A DNA stretch of 64,000 nt from contig CAJONI010000052.1 of assembly GCA_905235995.1 (NCBI GenBank), positions 6,107-70,106 of the forward strand, in the 5' to 3' direction. The stretch's first letter is position 1. The number at the start of each line of letters is the position of its first letter. The DNA comes from an uncultured Bacteroidales bacterium. Its GTDB lineage: Bacteria > Bacteroidota > Bacteroidia > Bacteroidales > UBA932. Below the pieces are notes generated by a model. The model saw only the letters and a program-made list of their open reading frames with translations, was not told the DNA's origin and searched no databases. A program made the position numbers and the translations under genes. This document shows, piece by piece, positions 1 to 8,499 of this stretch.

Positions 1-497
1 TGAACTACGGCACCGAACTCTGGTATGTCGACACCGACGGCTGCCTCGTCTGCGAGAGCGGACCCGACAAGGGCTACGGCTACTTTGCCACTGACAAATA
101 TTACAACGACTTCGACCTCTCGCTCGAGTTCATGCAGGAGGCCGACGGCAACTCAGGCGTGTTCATCCGCTCCACGGTCGAAGGCACGACGGTGCGCGGC
201 TGGCAGGTGGAGGTGGCGCCCAAGGGCAGCGACACGGGCGGCATCTACGAGTCCTACGGACGCGGCTGGCTGGTGCAGATTCCCGATGAGAAGGAGGAAA
301 TCCTGAAGGAAGGGGAGTGGAACACCCTGCGCATACTCTGCCAGGGCGACCGGGTGCAGACCTGGCTCAACGGTGAGCCCATGGTCGACCTCACCGACGA
401 AGCCATCGGCGCGGGCAACGGGCGCATTGCCCTGCAGATCCACGACGGCGGCGGGATCAAGGTCCGCTGGCGGAATCTGCACGTGAAGACGCTGTAG
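1..497 (+). CDS. DUF1080 / 3-keto-disaccharide hydrolase family protein (5' partial)
   Basis: Frame is open from position 3 (NYGTELWYVDTDGCLVCESGPDKGYGYFATDKYYNDFDLSLEF) into ORF 132..497. Family motifs GNSGVFIR, QVEV, GEWNTLRI and GRIALQIH are present. Confidence 0.85.
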   Translation, partial: NYGTELWYVDTDGCLVCESGPDKGYGYFATDKYYNDFDLSLEFMQEADGNSGVFIRSTVEGTTVRGWQVEVAPKGSDTGGIYESYGRGWLVQIPDEKEEILKEGEWNTLRILCQGDRVQTWLNGEPMVDLTDEAIGAGNGRIALQIHDGGGIKVRWRNLHVKTL

Positions 498-509
498 GGT
501 CTTTGGATC

Positions 510-1517
510 TTAGGCCTCGTTCCCGACCTTCCTGGCCCGTTTGGGCTTGTCGAGGTTGATGCCGTCGGCGCTGGCGATCTCAACGAGGACGTTCCAGCCT
601 GCGCAGAGGAACACGTAGGCCTGCAAGTCACCGGCTTCCGGAACCACCACGGTGGTGAAGGGAGTCGGTTTCGTGTCTATGGCCACCACGTGGACGTTGG
701 CGCCTGAGAACACTGCCTTGTATTTCTCGTATTCACTTTCGACGGGGGCGACCACGAACACTATGTCGCCGTCTTCCATCACCTCCTCGGGGCCGTGGAG
801 GGCGTAGGTGCCTTCGAGGAAGTCGCTCTTGCGGCGGGTGATCTCGTTGGTCTTGAGGGTGAGTTCCTCGGTCACTCCGTCGTTGAGGCCGGCGAAGTAG
901 ATGGTCCTGGCCTTGCGGGCCCAGTCGACCACTTCGGCGGGAATCCGGAGGGTGAGGGCCTCCTCGGCCTTGGCGGCGAGGGCGTCGAGTTCGGGGGCTA
1001 TGTCCTTGCCTGCGAGCTTCCAGATCACCGTCTCGAAGAGGAGGGTCTGTTCGACCACGCTCTTGGTGGCGGCGACGGCCTGTTCCCAGCCGCATTTGAG
1101 GACATGGGTCCTGATGCAGACTTCCTCTAGGGGAGTGCCGGGGTTGGCGGTCACGCCGAAAAATTCCTCATGGCCTTCGGCCTTGAGTTTCTTCGCCAGG
1201 GTGAGGGTTTCCTTGGTGCGGCCGGAGTTCGAATCGAGCAGCACGGTATAGCCTTTGAGGTCGTACTCGCAGGCCTGGTGGGAGCCTTCGGTATGGGCGA
1301 TGGTGGGGATGCCCCAGCGGAGGGCCTTGCGGATGGCGTTCTTTGCGGGCATGATACGGCTTGAGCCTTCACCGGAGAAGAGGATGTGTCCGGTCTTCCT
1401 TGCGGAGTCGACGATGAAGTCGGCGTCGGCGGGGTTGAACTTGCGGATGGTCTCCACCGTATCCATCATCTCCTGTACGAGATGATACTGTGCGTACTTT
1501 TGATCTTTGAGATTCAT
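510..1517 (-). CDS. SIS-domain sugar-phosphate isomerase/deaminase (GlmS C-terminal-like, no glutaminase domain)
   Basis: GEGSS, SNSGRTKET, VAATKS, ELTLKTNE and LHGP motifs, plus a GlmS-like tail (NLDKPKRARKV). Start placed at ATG 1517 because the longer ORF runs into the tRNA and a TATCTTTG box lies just upstream. Confidence 0.8.
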   Translation of the reverse strand: MNLKDQKYAQYHLVQEMMDTVETIRKFNPADADFIVDSARKTGHILFSGEGSSRIMPAKNAIRKALRWGIPTIAHTEGSHQACEYDLKGYTVLLDSNSGRTKETLTLAKKLKAEGHEEFFGVTANPGTPLEEVCIRTHVLKCGWEQAVAATKSVVEQTLLFETVIWKLAGKDIAPELDALAAKAEEALTLRIPAEVVDWARKARTIYFAGLNDGVTEELTLKTNEITRRKSDFLEGTYALHGPEEVMEDGDIVFVVAPVESEYEKYKAVFSGANVHVVAIDTKPTPFTTVVVPEAGDLQAYVFLCAGWNVLVEIASADGINLDKPKRARKVGNEA

Positions 1518-1539
1518 GTCGGATGAGCTTGTTTCGAAG

Positions 1540-1547
1540 CAAAGATA
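1540..1547 (-). promoter_or_regulatory. Bacteroidetes -7 promoter box (TATCTTTG) for the SIS gene
   Basis: Exact TAnnTTTG match 22 nt upstream of the ATG at 1517. Confidence 0.55.
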
Positions 1548-1548
1548 C

Positions 1549-1576
1549 AAAAAAAAGCCGAAGAACTCGGCTTTTT
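1549..1576. terminator. Intrinsic terminator downstream of tRNA-Val (possibly bidirectional)
   Basis: AAAAAGCCGA-AGAAC-TCGGCTTTTT hairpin with A/T tracts on both sides. Confidence 0.7.
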
Positions 1577-1580
1577 CGTG

Positions 1581-1655
1581 TAGGGACGATCGGATTCGAA
1601 CCGATGACCTCTTCAATGTGACTGAAGCGCTCTAAACCAGCTGAGCTACGCCCCT
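1581..1655 (-). tRNA. tRNA-Val (anticodon CAC)
   Basis: Reverse complement folds as a cloverleaf: acceptor AGGGGCG/CGTCCCT plus A73, D arm GCTC..GAGC, anticodon stem CTTCA/TGAAG with loop GTCACAT, T arm GGTTCGAATCC. CCA is not encoded. Confidence 0.93.
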
Positions 1656-1733
1656 GTCCGTTTCGGGACTGCAAAGATGAAAAAAAATCCGGCAACCGCC
1701 AAATTTTTTTAAGTCAAAGTCGCCATCAGGCGA

Positions 1734-1837
1734 CCGCCGGAGGCCGGTACTTTTGCAGCAAATATTCGCACCTGCAGAGACCCTCGCATAGCAAAAGTAC
1801 TAAGGCCGGGAGGCGCGGGGTTTGGGGCGGAGCCCCA
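1734..1837. repeat. Palindromic REP/MITE-like intergenic element between the tRNAs
   Basis: Perfect 10-bp inverted repeat GTACTTTTGC (1747-1756) / GCAAAAGTAC (1791-1800) flanked by GGCC, followed by hairpin TGGGGC-GGA-GCCCCA (1823-1837). Confidence 0.45.
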
Positions 1838-1847
1838 GTAAAACAGG

Positions 1848-1920
1848 AGCAGTAGACGAGTCTCGAACTCGCGACCTTCGGCTTGGGAAGCCAACGCTCT
1901 ACCAACTGAGCTACTACTGC
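1848..1920 (-). tRNA. tRNA-Gly (anticodon CCC)
   Basis: Reverse complement GCAGTAGTAGCTCAGTTGGTAGAGCGTTGGCTTCCCAAGCCGAAGGTCGCGAGTTCGAGACTCGTCTACTGCT has acceptor GCAGTAG/CTACTGC, U73 and loop TTCCCAA. Confidence 0.95.
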
Positions 1921-1929
1921 AAGTGCCCG

Positions 1930-1937
1930 CAAAGGTA
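1930..1937 (-). promoter_or_regulatory. -7 promoter box (TACCTTTG) for tRNA-Gly
   Basis: Exact TAnnTTTG match 9 nt upstream of the tRNA 5' end. Confidence 0.6.
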
Positions 1938-1983
1938 GCGATATTTTTTAAATCGCCAAGCCCTTGCGGGCATAAGTCAACGG

Positions 1984-3540
1984 CTATTCGTGGAAGAGCA
2001 TGCTGGCCGGCAGGTTGTCCACCAGGATGCCGGGCCCTTCGAGCCCCACCTCGATGCTGTCGTCGCCGTAGTTCTCGAAATAGTCGGCCTTGATGCGGTG
2101 GTATCCCTTGGCAAGGTTGACCCAGGCATCGCTGATGCCGCCGCCGTCGCGGTCGACGTCGCATATCAGCTGTCCGTCGATCCAGAGCCTGGCTCCGTCG
2201 TCGGAAGAGAAGGAAAGCAGGTAGAGTCCGTCCTGGTCTATCTTGAGCAGGCCTTCGAACTGGAAGCCGAAGTGGTCCTCACGCATCTTCCTCGCCGTGG
2301 AGAATGTCGAAGAGAGGCCGCGGGCCTTGACCGGCGCCGCGACTACCTCGGCAGTGCTCATGAAATCGCCTTCTTTGTAGGCGTAACGGATACCCTGGCC
2401 CTTGGGCGAGACATTCACGGCCTCGAACCTGGGAGCCGTGGAAGCATCGGGACGGCCGTCGCCGCCGTACCATTCGGGGTCGTAGGGCTCGCACTTCTCG
2501 CCGTTGCCGGGCGTGAAGTCAACCCCGGTGAGAGAGGCTATCATGGCCGCCATCTGCTTGTTGTAGTAAGGGCCGTTGTGCTTCGTCTCGCCCATTGCCG
2601 GCATGCCCGCTCCGAAAGCGAAGAGGAAGGTCTCCTCGGAGCCGCGGAGGTTGGCGCCGTGGCCCGTGTAGTTTTCGCCGCGTCCACGCCCGTGGTCGGT
2701 CGACACTAGATAGGTGGTCTTTCCTTTGTAGAAGGGATCGCTCTCGCAGTATTCCACTATGTCGCGGATGAACCTGTCGGTCTCAAGGGTGATGTCGAGA
2801 TAACGGTCGTAGCGGCGGTCGTGCCCGAACTCGTCGGTGTCGCCCAGGCCCACGTAGAACACCTTCGGATGGTCTTTCTTCAGGGTCTCCATGGCGTAGG
2901 CCATCGTGAAGGCGTCGTAGCGTTCTTCGCCCCAGATCTTCGGCATCGCTTCCTGCATGCGGTCGATCACCTTCGTGGTCGGGGTGTCGGAGAGGCCCGG
3001 CTCATACTTGGCGCTGCCCGGGAAGCCCCCGCGTTCGTTGTTGACCGCGTAGCGTATCGACTCCCAGGAGGCGTACATCATCACCCTGCCCTTGTAGCGC
3101 GGGTCCTGGTTGACCACTTCCAGCACGCTGACGTTGGGATTGCCCACCGGGTCGTTGTTGTTGACCTTCTCATCCACGAAGCCGCAGAAGAGCTCGCTGT
3201 AGCCAGGGTAGGAGAAACGGTAGGGGTTTGCCACCTGCACACGGCTCTCCAGGTTGCGGTTGCCCAGGACGTAGCCGTGCTCAGGCACGTAGCTCCAGAG
3301 GAAGGGGAGGAGCGCCTCGCGCCTTTCTTCGGGCGTATCGCGCCAGAACTTCGCCTTGGTGGCGGGAATGTCGCGCACGTGCGCGGGATTGTTTATAAGT
3401 GCTTCGTCGGCGCCGGTGAAGACTTCCTGCCAGCGCAGGCCGTCGAGCGTGATGACGATGACTTTCCTGTCATTGTCCCTGCTGCAGGAAGCAAGGCACA
3501 AAAGTGCCGTGCAGAATGCAAATAAAATGGTTTTCTTCAT
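1984..3540 (-). CDS. Alkaline-phosphatase-superfamily lipoprotein with C-terminal PA14 domain
   Basis: Lipobox LASC, DGLRWQE, FSYPGY (Ser nucleophile), DEFGH and TDHGRG. C-terminal DHFGFQFEG..SDDGARLWIDG..YFENYG is PA14-like. Start MKKTILF at 3540. Confidence 0.8.
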   Translation of the reverse strand: MKKTILFAFCTALLCLASCSRDNDRKVIVITLDGLRWQEVFTGADEALINNPAHVRDIPATKAKFWRDTPEERREALLPFLWSYVPEHGYVLGNRNLESRVQVANPYRFSYPGYSELFCGFVDEKVNNNDPVGNPNVSVLEVVNQDPRYKGRVMMYASWESIRYAVNNERGGFPGSAKYEPGLSDTPTTKVIDRMQEAMPKIWGEERYDAFTMAYAMETLKKDHPKVFYVGLGDTDEFGHDRRYDRYLDITLETDRFIRDIVEYCESDPFYKGKTTYLVSTDHGRGRGENYTGHGANLRGSEETFLFAFGAGMPAMGETKHNGPYYNKQMAAMIASLTGVDFTPGNGEKCEPYDPEWYGGDGRPDASTAPRFEAVNVSPKGQGIRYAYKEGDFMSTAEVVAAPVKARGLSSTFSTARKMREDHFGFQFEGLLKIDQDGLYLLSFSSDDGARLWIDGQLICDVDRDGGGISDAWVNLAKGYHRIKADYFENYGDDSIEVGLEGPGILVDNLPASMLFHE

Positions 3541-3563
3541 GATTGAACCTGAACTAAATATTG

Positions 3564-3595
3564 CTTGCAAATGTATCAAAATTGTTGTAAATTTG
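3564..3595. promoter_or_regulatory. Divergent promoters: TAAATTTG (+, 3588-3595) for susC and TACATTTG (-, 3568-3575) for the phosphatase-PA14 gene
   Basis: Two exact TAnnTTTG boxes on opposite strands in an AT-rich gap. CTTG lies 20 nt upstream of the plus-strand box (-33-like). Confidence 0.6.
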
Positions 3596-3672
3596 TTTAA
3601 ATGTTTGCCTTTTTAAGGCGGCATTGAGTAGCTATGAAAACCTACAAACTTTTTACTCTATTACCTAACATT

Positions 3673-6600
3673 ATGATTTCCAAAAAACTGTTTGGATTGC
3701 TCGCCGCACTGGTGTGCCTGGCGATGCCGTTCGGGGCTTCGGCCCAGAACGTGACAGTGCGCGGAACCGTAACCGACGCAGTCGGCCCCGTGGTAGGAGC
3801 CGTAGTGATGTCGGGCGACGCGCATGCTATCACAGACGCTGATGGTGCTTATACCATCACCGTTCCGTCCAATGCGGTCCTCGAAGTCACCTGCATTGGC
3901 TACAAGACCCAGGAGGCCCAGGTTGCCGGACGTGCGGTAATCAACTTCATCCTGGCCGAAGACGTCGAAATGCTGGGCGAGTCAGTCGTCCTGGGTTACG
4001 GCGCCCAGACGAAGAAAAAGGACCTGTCCGCTTCCGTGGGTATCGTTGGTGATCCCGACAAGATTGCCGAACGTCCGGTCCAGTCTATCACCCACATGCT
4101 GCAGGGCCAGATCCCTGGTGTCGTCGTTTCCAACAACGGCGGTAACCCCAACAGCGGCGCCAGCCTGCTCATCCGTGGTCAGGGATCCCGCAACGGTGAC
4201 TCCGTGCTGTGGGTTGTGGACGGTGTCCCCGGTGCTTCCGTCTATTCCATGAATGACATCGAGAGCATAGTCGTCCTCAAGGACGCTGCTTCCGCTGCTA
4301 TCTATGGTGCAACCTCCGGTGCTGGCGGTGTAATCCTGGTAACCACCAAGAAGGCCAACAAGGGTATCCATGTGGAATACGATGTGGTAGCGGGTGTCCG
4401 CGCCGCCTCCAATCTTCCGGAGCCCCTCACCGCCGAGGAAGAGATACTGATGAAGACCATCTCCCACCAGAACGCCGGTCTTTCCCTGCCTACCGGTTGG
4501 GATACCACCATCAACCCCTGGGTGGGTGTGCAGCGCACCAACTGGATGGATGAAGTGTTCCGTACAGCTCCTTATCAGCGCCACTCCGTCACCCTCAACT
4601 ACGGTACGGACGTGTTCAAGAGCCGTCTCACCTTCTCCTATCAGGACAACCAGGGTGTTCTGAACAACACGTACAAAAAGAATCTGGCCGTCCGTTTCAA
4701 CGGTGAATACCAGATGAACAAGTGGCTCAAGATTACGGAGGTATTATCCTACGACGACGGTTTCGGCCGTTCCGTGGACGATAGCTCGGCCCACACCGGT
4801 GTCCTGCTCTCCGCACTTTGGATGCCGCCGTCCGCCGAGGCTTATGCATCGGCCGGACCTTACGCCGGCTCTTTTGGCGGTACTACCACCGAGGATCCTG
4901 AATACATTGCCAAGTACGGTTCCAACTTCGCCGATATCCACGGTGACGTGGTGAACCCTCTCCGTATGCTGTATGCCAGCACCCAGTGGGGCCACAACGT
5001 GGATTTCTGGAATACCACCGGTATTCACATCACGCCGGTCAAGGGCCTCAAGATATCCAGCGTCTTCTCCATGGATATCAACAATGCCAACTCCAAGAGC
5101 TTCAGCCCCGCCCGTCGCGAGGTAGGTAAGCCCGATATCTCCAATGGCCTCAGCCTGAGTGCTTCCCGCGCTTTCAAGTGGCGCAGTGAAAGCACCGTCA
5201 CCTATGACCGTACCTTTGGTAAGCACACGGTGGGAGCCCTGGCCGCTTTCACCATGGACCACTGGGAGAGGCGGGGTTTTGGCGGCAGTGCTTCCGGATT
5301 TGAGAACGAAGACGAAAACTATCAGTTCCTCAAGTTCTCCACCACCACCAACTTCAACAGCGACTATTTCGACGGCCCGGACCGCAACATCGCTTTCGTG
5401 GCCCGTGCTTCCTACAGCTACGACGACCGTTACTTCGTCACTGCCTCCTGGCGTCGTGACTATGCCGGCCGTCTGCCCAACGACCACAACTCCGGTGACT
5501 TCCCGGCCGTGACCGGTGCCTGGAAGGCTTCCAGCGAACCGTTCTTCCCCAAGAACGACGTCGTGAACCTCCTCAAGGTCCGTGCTTCCTGGGGTCGTGT
5601 AGGTAACCTGGGCTCCATCGGCATGAACTATAAGTCCAACACCCTGAGCAGCAGCAACTGGAACGAGGCCCCCAACTACGGTATCGATAAAGGCACCGTC
5701 TTCGGAACCTTCTGGTATGCAGCCAACTCCATCAATAATGCGCTGACCTGGGAAACTTCCGAACAGTTCGACGCCGGTATCGATATGGATATGTTCACCG
5801 ACCGCCTGTCCATGTCGGTGGACTACTATAACAAGCGTACCTTCAACCTCATCCAGGACCAGACCATGGGTTGGCCTGTGACCATCGGCCGTAACCCCAT
5901 GAAGGTGAACCAGGGTGAGATCAACAACTCCGGTGTGGAAATCCTGGTGAACTGGAAAGACAGGGTCGGCAAGGATTTCAACTACTATGTGAGCGCTAAC
6001 TTCGCCTACAACAAGAACGTTGTGGTCTCTACCGGTTTGCTGGACGACCAGGGCAATCCTGGCAAGTGGACCGGTGGCGGTGACTGGGGTGGCGTGCCGT
6101 GGCTCTATCAGAGCGAACCCGGCCAGCCGCTGAACTCCTTCTTCGTGATCAAGACCGCCGGCATCTTCCAGAGCGTCGAGGATATCTATGACCACCAGAA
6201 GGACGGCAAGCTCATCCAGCCCAACGCCCAGCCCGGTGACCTCAAGTTCATTGACTTCAACAACGATGGAAAGATCGATACCAACGACCGTCAGTATGTA
6301 GGCTCCGCCATGCCTAAGCAGACCTTCGCATTCAGCGGCGGTTTCAACTGGAAAGGCTTCTATGCAGACATCATGTTCCAGGGCGTAGCCGGCAACAAGA
6401 TTGCATATGTGGGTAAGTCCCGTATCCTCTCCGACGTGGAAGGCAACTTCTCCCGTGCCAAGGAAATCTTCAATTCCTGGAGCCCCGAGAACCCGCACAC
6501 CTATCTGCCTCGCCTTTCCACCAACGACCCGAACGGCAACTACTCCCAGCCCTCCGATTTCTATATCGAGGATGGCAGTTATCTGCGTCTGAAGAACTTC

Positions 6601-6804
6601 ACCATCGGTTACGACTTTACGAGCCTCCTCCAGAAGCTCCCTCATTTCGCGCAGCGCGCCAGCACTTGCCGCGTTTACTTCTCCGGTGAGAATCTCCTTA
6701 CTTTCACCAAGTACTCCGGCATGGATCCGGAAGTGGGCGGCTACGATACTATCAAGTATCCTGTTTCCCGTATTTTCACCATTGGTGTGAAGATCAACTA
6801 TTAA
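3673..6804 (+). CDS. susC: SusC/RagA family TonB-dependent transporter
   Basis: Signal peptide (ASA/Q), carboxypeptidase-like N domain, plug motif VLKDAASAAIYG, LTWETS, DGSYLRLKN, YSGMDPE and terminal YPVSRIFTIGVKINY. Alternative start at 3634. Confidence 0.95.
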   Translation: MISKKLFGLLAALVCLAMPFGASAQNVTVRGTVTDAVGPVVGAVVMSGDAHAITDADGAYTITVPSNAVLEVTCIGYKTQEAQVAGRAVINFILAEDVEMLGESVVLGYGAQTKKKDLSASVGIVGDPDKIAERPVQSITHMLQGQIPGVVVSNNGGNPNSGASLLIRGQGSRNGDSVLWVVDGVPGASVYSMNDIESIVVLKDAASAAIYGATSGAGGVILVTTKKANKGIHVEYDVVAGVRAASNLPEPLTAEEEILMKTISHQNAGLSLPTGWDTTINPWVGVQRTNWMDEVFRTAPYQRHSVTLNYGTDVFKSRLTFSYQDNQGVLNNTYKKNLAVRFNGEYQMNKWLKITEVLSYDDGFGRSVDDSSAHTGVLLSALWMPPSAEAYASAGPYAGSFGGTTTEDPEYIAKYGSNFADIHGDVVNPLRMLYASTQWGHNVDFWNTTGIHITPVKGLKISSVFSMDINNANSKSFSPARREVGKPDISNGLSLSASRAFKWRSESTVTYDRTFGKHTVGALAAFTMDHWERRGFGGSASGFENEDENYQFLKFSTTTNFNSDYFDGPDRNIAFVARASYSYDDRYFVTASWRRDYAGRLPNDHNSGDFPAVTGAWKASSEPFFPKNDVVNLLKVRASWGRVGNLGSIGMNYKSNTLSSSNWNEAPNYGIDKGTVFGTFWYAANSINNALTWETSEQFDAGIDMDMFTDRLSMSVDYYNKRTFNLIQDQTMGWPVTIGRNPMKVNQGEINNSGVEILVNWKDRVGKDFNYYVSANFAYNKNVVVSTGLLDDQGNPGKWTGGGDWGGVPWLYQSEPGQPLNSFFVIKTAGIFQSVEDIYDHQKDGKLIQPNAQPGDLKFIDFNNDGKIDTNDRQYVGSAMPKQTFAFSGGFNWKGFYADIMFQGVAGNKIAYVGKSRILSDVEGNFSRAKEIFNSWSPENPHTYLPRLSTNDPNGNYSQPSDFYIEDGSYLRLKNFTIGYDFTSLLQKLPHFAQRASTCRVYFSGENLLTFTKYSGMDPEVGGYDTIKYPVSRIFTIGVKINY

Positions 6805-6817
6805 TCTGACTGTGCAT

Positions 6818-8479
6818 ATGAAAAAGTATATTTCTATTGCTATTGCAGCCCTTTGCGCTCTCAGCTTCTCTTCCTGCAGCAATTTCCTGGATTATACATC
6901 CAAGGGTTTCTATACTGAGGATACGTTCTTCCAGAATGACCAGCAGGCCATGGATGCTGTCAAGAGCATCTATGCCCGTCTTCCTCAGGAAAGCCTGATG
7001 GGCCGCGAACTCTATTGGGAGCAGGCGGTTGCCTGTGACATCGTGTGGGGTAAGACCCGTTCCTTCAATACTATCGCCACCTACGAATACACCGGTGACG
7101 AGAGTGTGATTGTGGGAGTTTTCAAGAACTGCTACAATGAAGGCATGAACCGTTGCAACTGGATCATCAACAGCCTTCTCAAGAAGCAGGAGACTACTCC
7201 TCTTACCGCTATTGAAACCCGCAGTCTGGGTGAAGCATACTTTATGCGCGCCCATTACCACTTCATCATCGCCTACCGTTATGGTACCGACAAGCTGGGC
7301 GTTCCCTTCGTGGCCTACGAAGATGTGGAAGGTGGTTACAACAATGAGATTCCTCCGCAGTTGCCCACCGTCATGGACAACTATGCGTATATCGTGTCCG
7401 ACCTCAAGAAAGCCGAAGAGCTTCTGCCGCGTGTAGTTGACTACAGTGACGACGACAAGGGTCGTGCATGCAAGGAAAGCGCCGCTGCCATGATGGCCAA
7501 GGCTTATGCCTACTGGGCCACCTGGGACAAGAGTCAGTGGCCTAACGTGATCACCTGTGTGGACAGGCTGGAGAACAGCTACGGCCGTGCCCTGCACCCG
7601 GTGTTTACCGACCTCTTCGCCCCCGATGTGAGCAAGTTCTTCACCAATGAGTACTGCTGGGGTTATCCTTCCCGTGGCGGTACAGCCAAGGGCGGCTCTG
7701 TCGAGTTCCCGGGCATCTCCCTGGAAGACAAGGGATGGGGTAAGTACAACGGCTGGGGCCAGTTCAAGCCCACCCTGGATATCTACGAAGAAATGGCGAA
7801 GGACAATGTTGACGGTGTGAAGAACGAACGTCTTGCCGCAACCATCCTGGAATATGGCGACGAGTTCGAATTCTTCGGAGAGACCCGCAGGTTCTGGTCG
7901 GCTGTGAACGTGGAAGCCGGTTTCCAGATCTACAAGTTCCTGCAGCCGTTCGCTCCGGCCGACTGTCAGGAAAGAGGCTGGGTCCTGAACAACCCCGACT
8001 GGCCTTGCACCCTCATCAACTGGCCCATCGTCCGCTTCGCCGACTGCTTGCTCCTCCGCGCCGAGGCCAATCTCGTTGCCGGTAACGGAGCCGCTGCCGC
8101 TGCGGACATCAACAAGATCCGCCTGCGTTCCCATCTGCAGCCCCTGCCCGGCGCTATCGCCACCTGGACCGACCTCTATCACGAGCGTCGCTGCGAACTG
8201 GCCTTCGAGATGGCCAACGACCACGCCTATGACTGCAAGCGCTGGGCCTATTCCGGTGCACCCGAGATCAAGGCTCTTGCAGAAAAAGAACTGAATTCCC
8301 GTCCCCGCATCCGTAAATACGAAGACCGTATGGATCCCGATTCTCCTTGGGTAGAGGCTCTCTATGAGGACTATGTGAACAAGCTGCCTTGGAATGTCAA
8401 GTACATGACCTTCCCTTATCCTTCCGAACAGATCAACAAGTCTGCCGGCATGCTTCAGAACCCTCCGTCCTGGCAGTAA
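6818..8479 (+). CDS. susD: SusD/RagB family glycan-binding lipoprotein
   Basis: Lipobox FSSC, GEAYFMRAHYHF, VRFADCLLLRAEA, ERRCELAFE and terminal LQNP. Immediately follows susC. Confidence 0.93.
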   Translation: MKKYISIAIAALCALSFSSCSNFLDYTSKGFYTEDTFFQNDQQAMDAVKSIYARLPQESLMGRELYWEQAVACDIVWGKTRSFNTIATYEYTGDESVIVGVFKNCYNEGMNRCNWIINSLLKKQETTPLTAIETRSLGEAYFMRAHYHFIIAYRYGTDKLGVPFVAYEDVEGGYNNEIPPQLPTVMDNYAYIVSDLKKAEELLPRVVDYSDDDKGRACKESAAAMMAKAYAYWATWDKSQWPNVITCVDRLENSYGRALHPVFTDLFAPDVSKFFTNEYCWGYPSRGGTAKGGSVEFPGISLEDKGWGKYNGWGQFKPTLDIYEEMAKDNVDGVKNERLAATILEYGDEFEFFGETRRFWSAVNVEAGFQIYKFLQPFAPADCQERGWVLNNPDWPCTLINWPIVRFADCLLLRAEANLVAGNGAAAAADINKIRLRSHLQPLPGAIATWTDLYHERRCELAFEMANDHAYDCKRWAYSGAPEIKALAEKELNSRPRIRKYEDRMDPDSPWVEALYEDYVNKLPWNVKYMTFPYPSEQINKSAGMLQNPPSWQ

Positions 8480-8499
8480 ACCTTTAAATGATTTCCGAA

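Noticed and set aside
1518..1616. N-terminal extension of the SIS ORF to 1616
   Set aside because: It overlaps tRNA-Val and its terminator. ATG 1517 has its own promoter box.
1581..1920. tRNA pair as the integration site of the glycan cluster
   Set aside because: The cluster lies on the tRNA 5' side, and I found no integrase or duplicated tRNA 3' end.
1709..2164. ORFs 1369..1695, 1709..2164 and 1726..1932
   Set aside because: They overlap tRNA genes and have no protein-like features.
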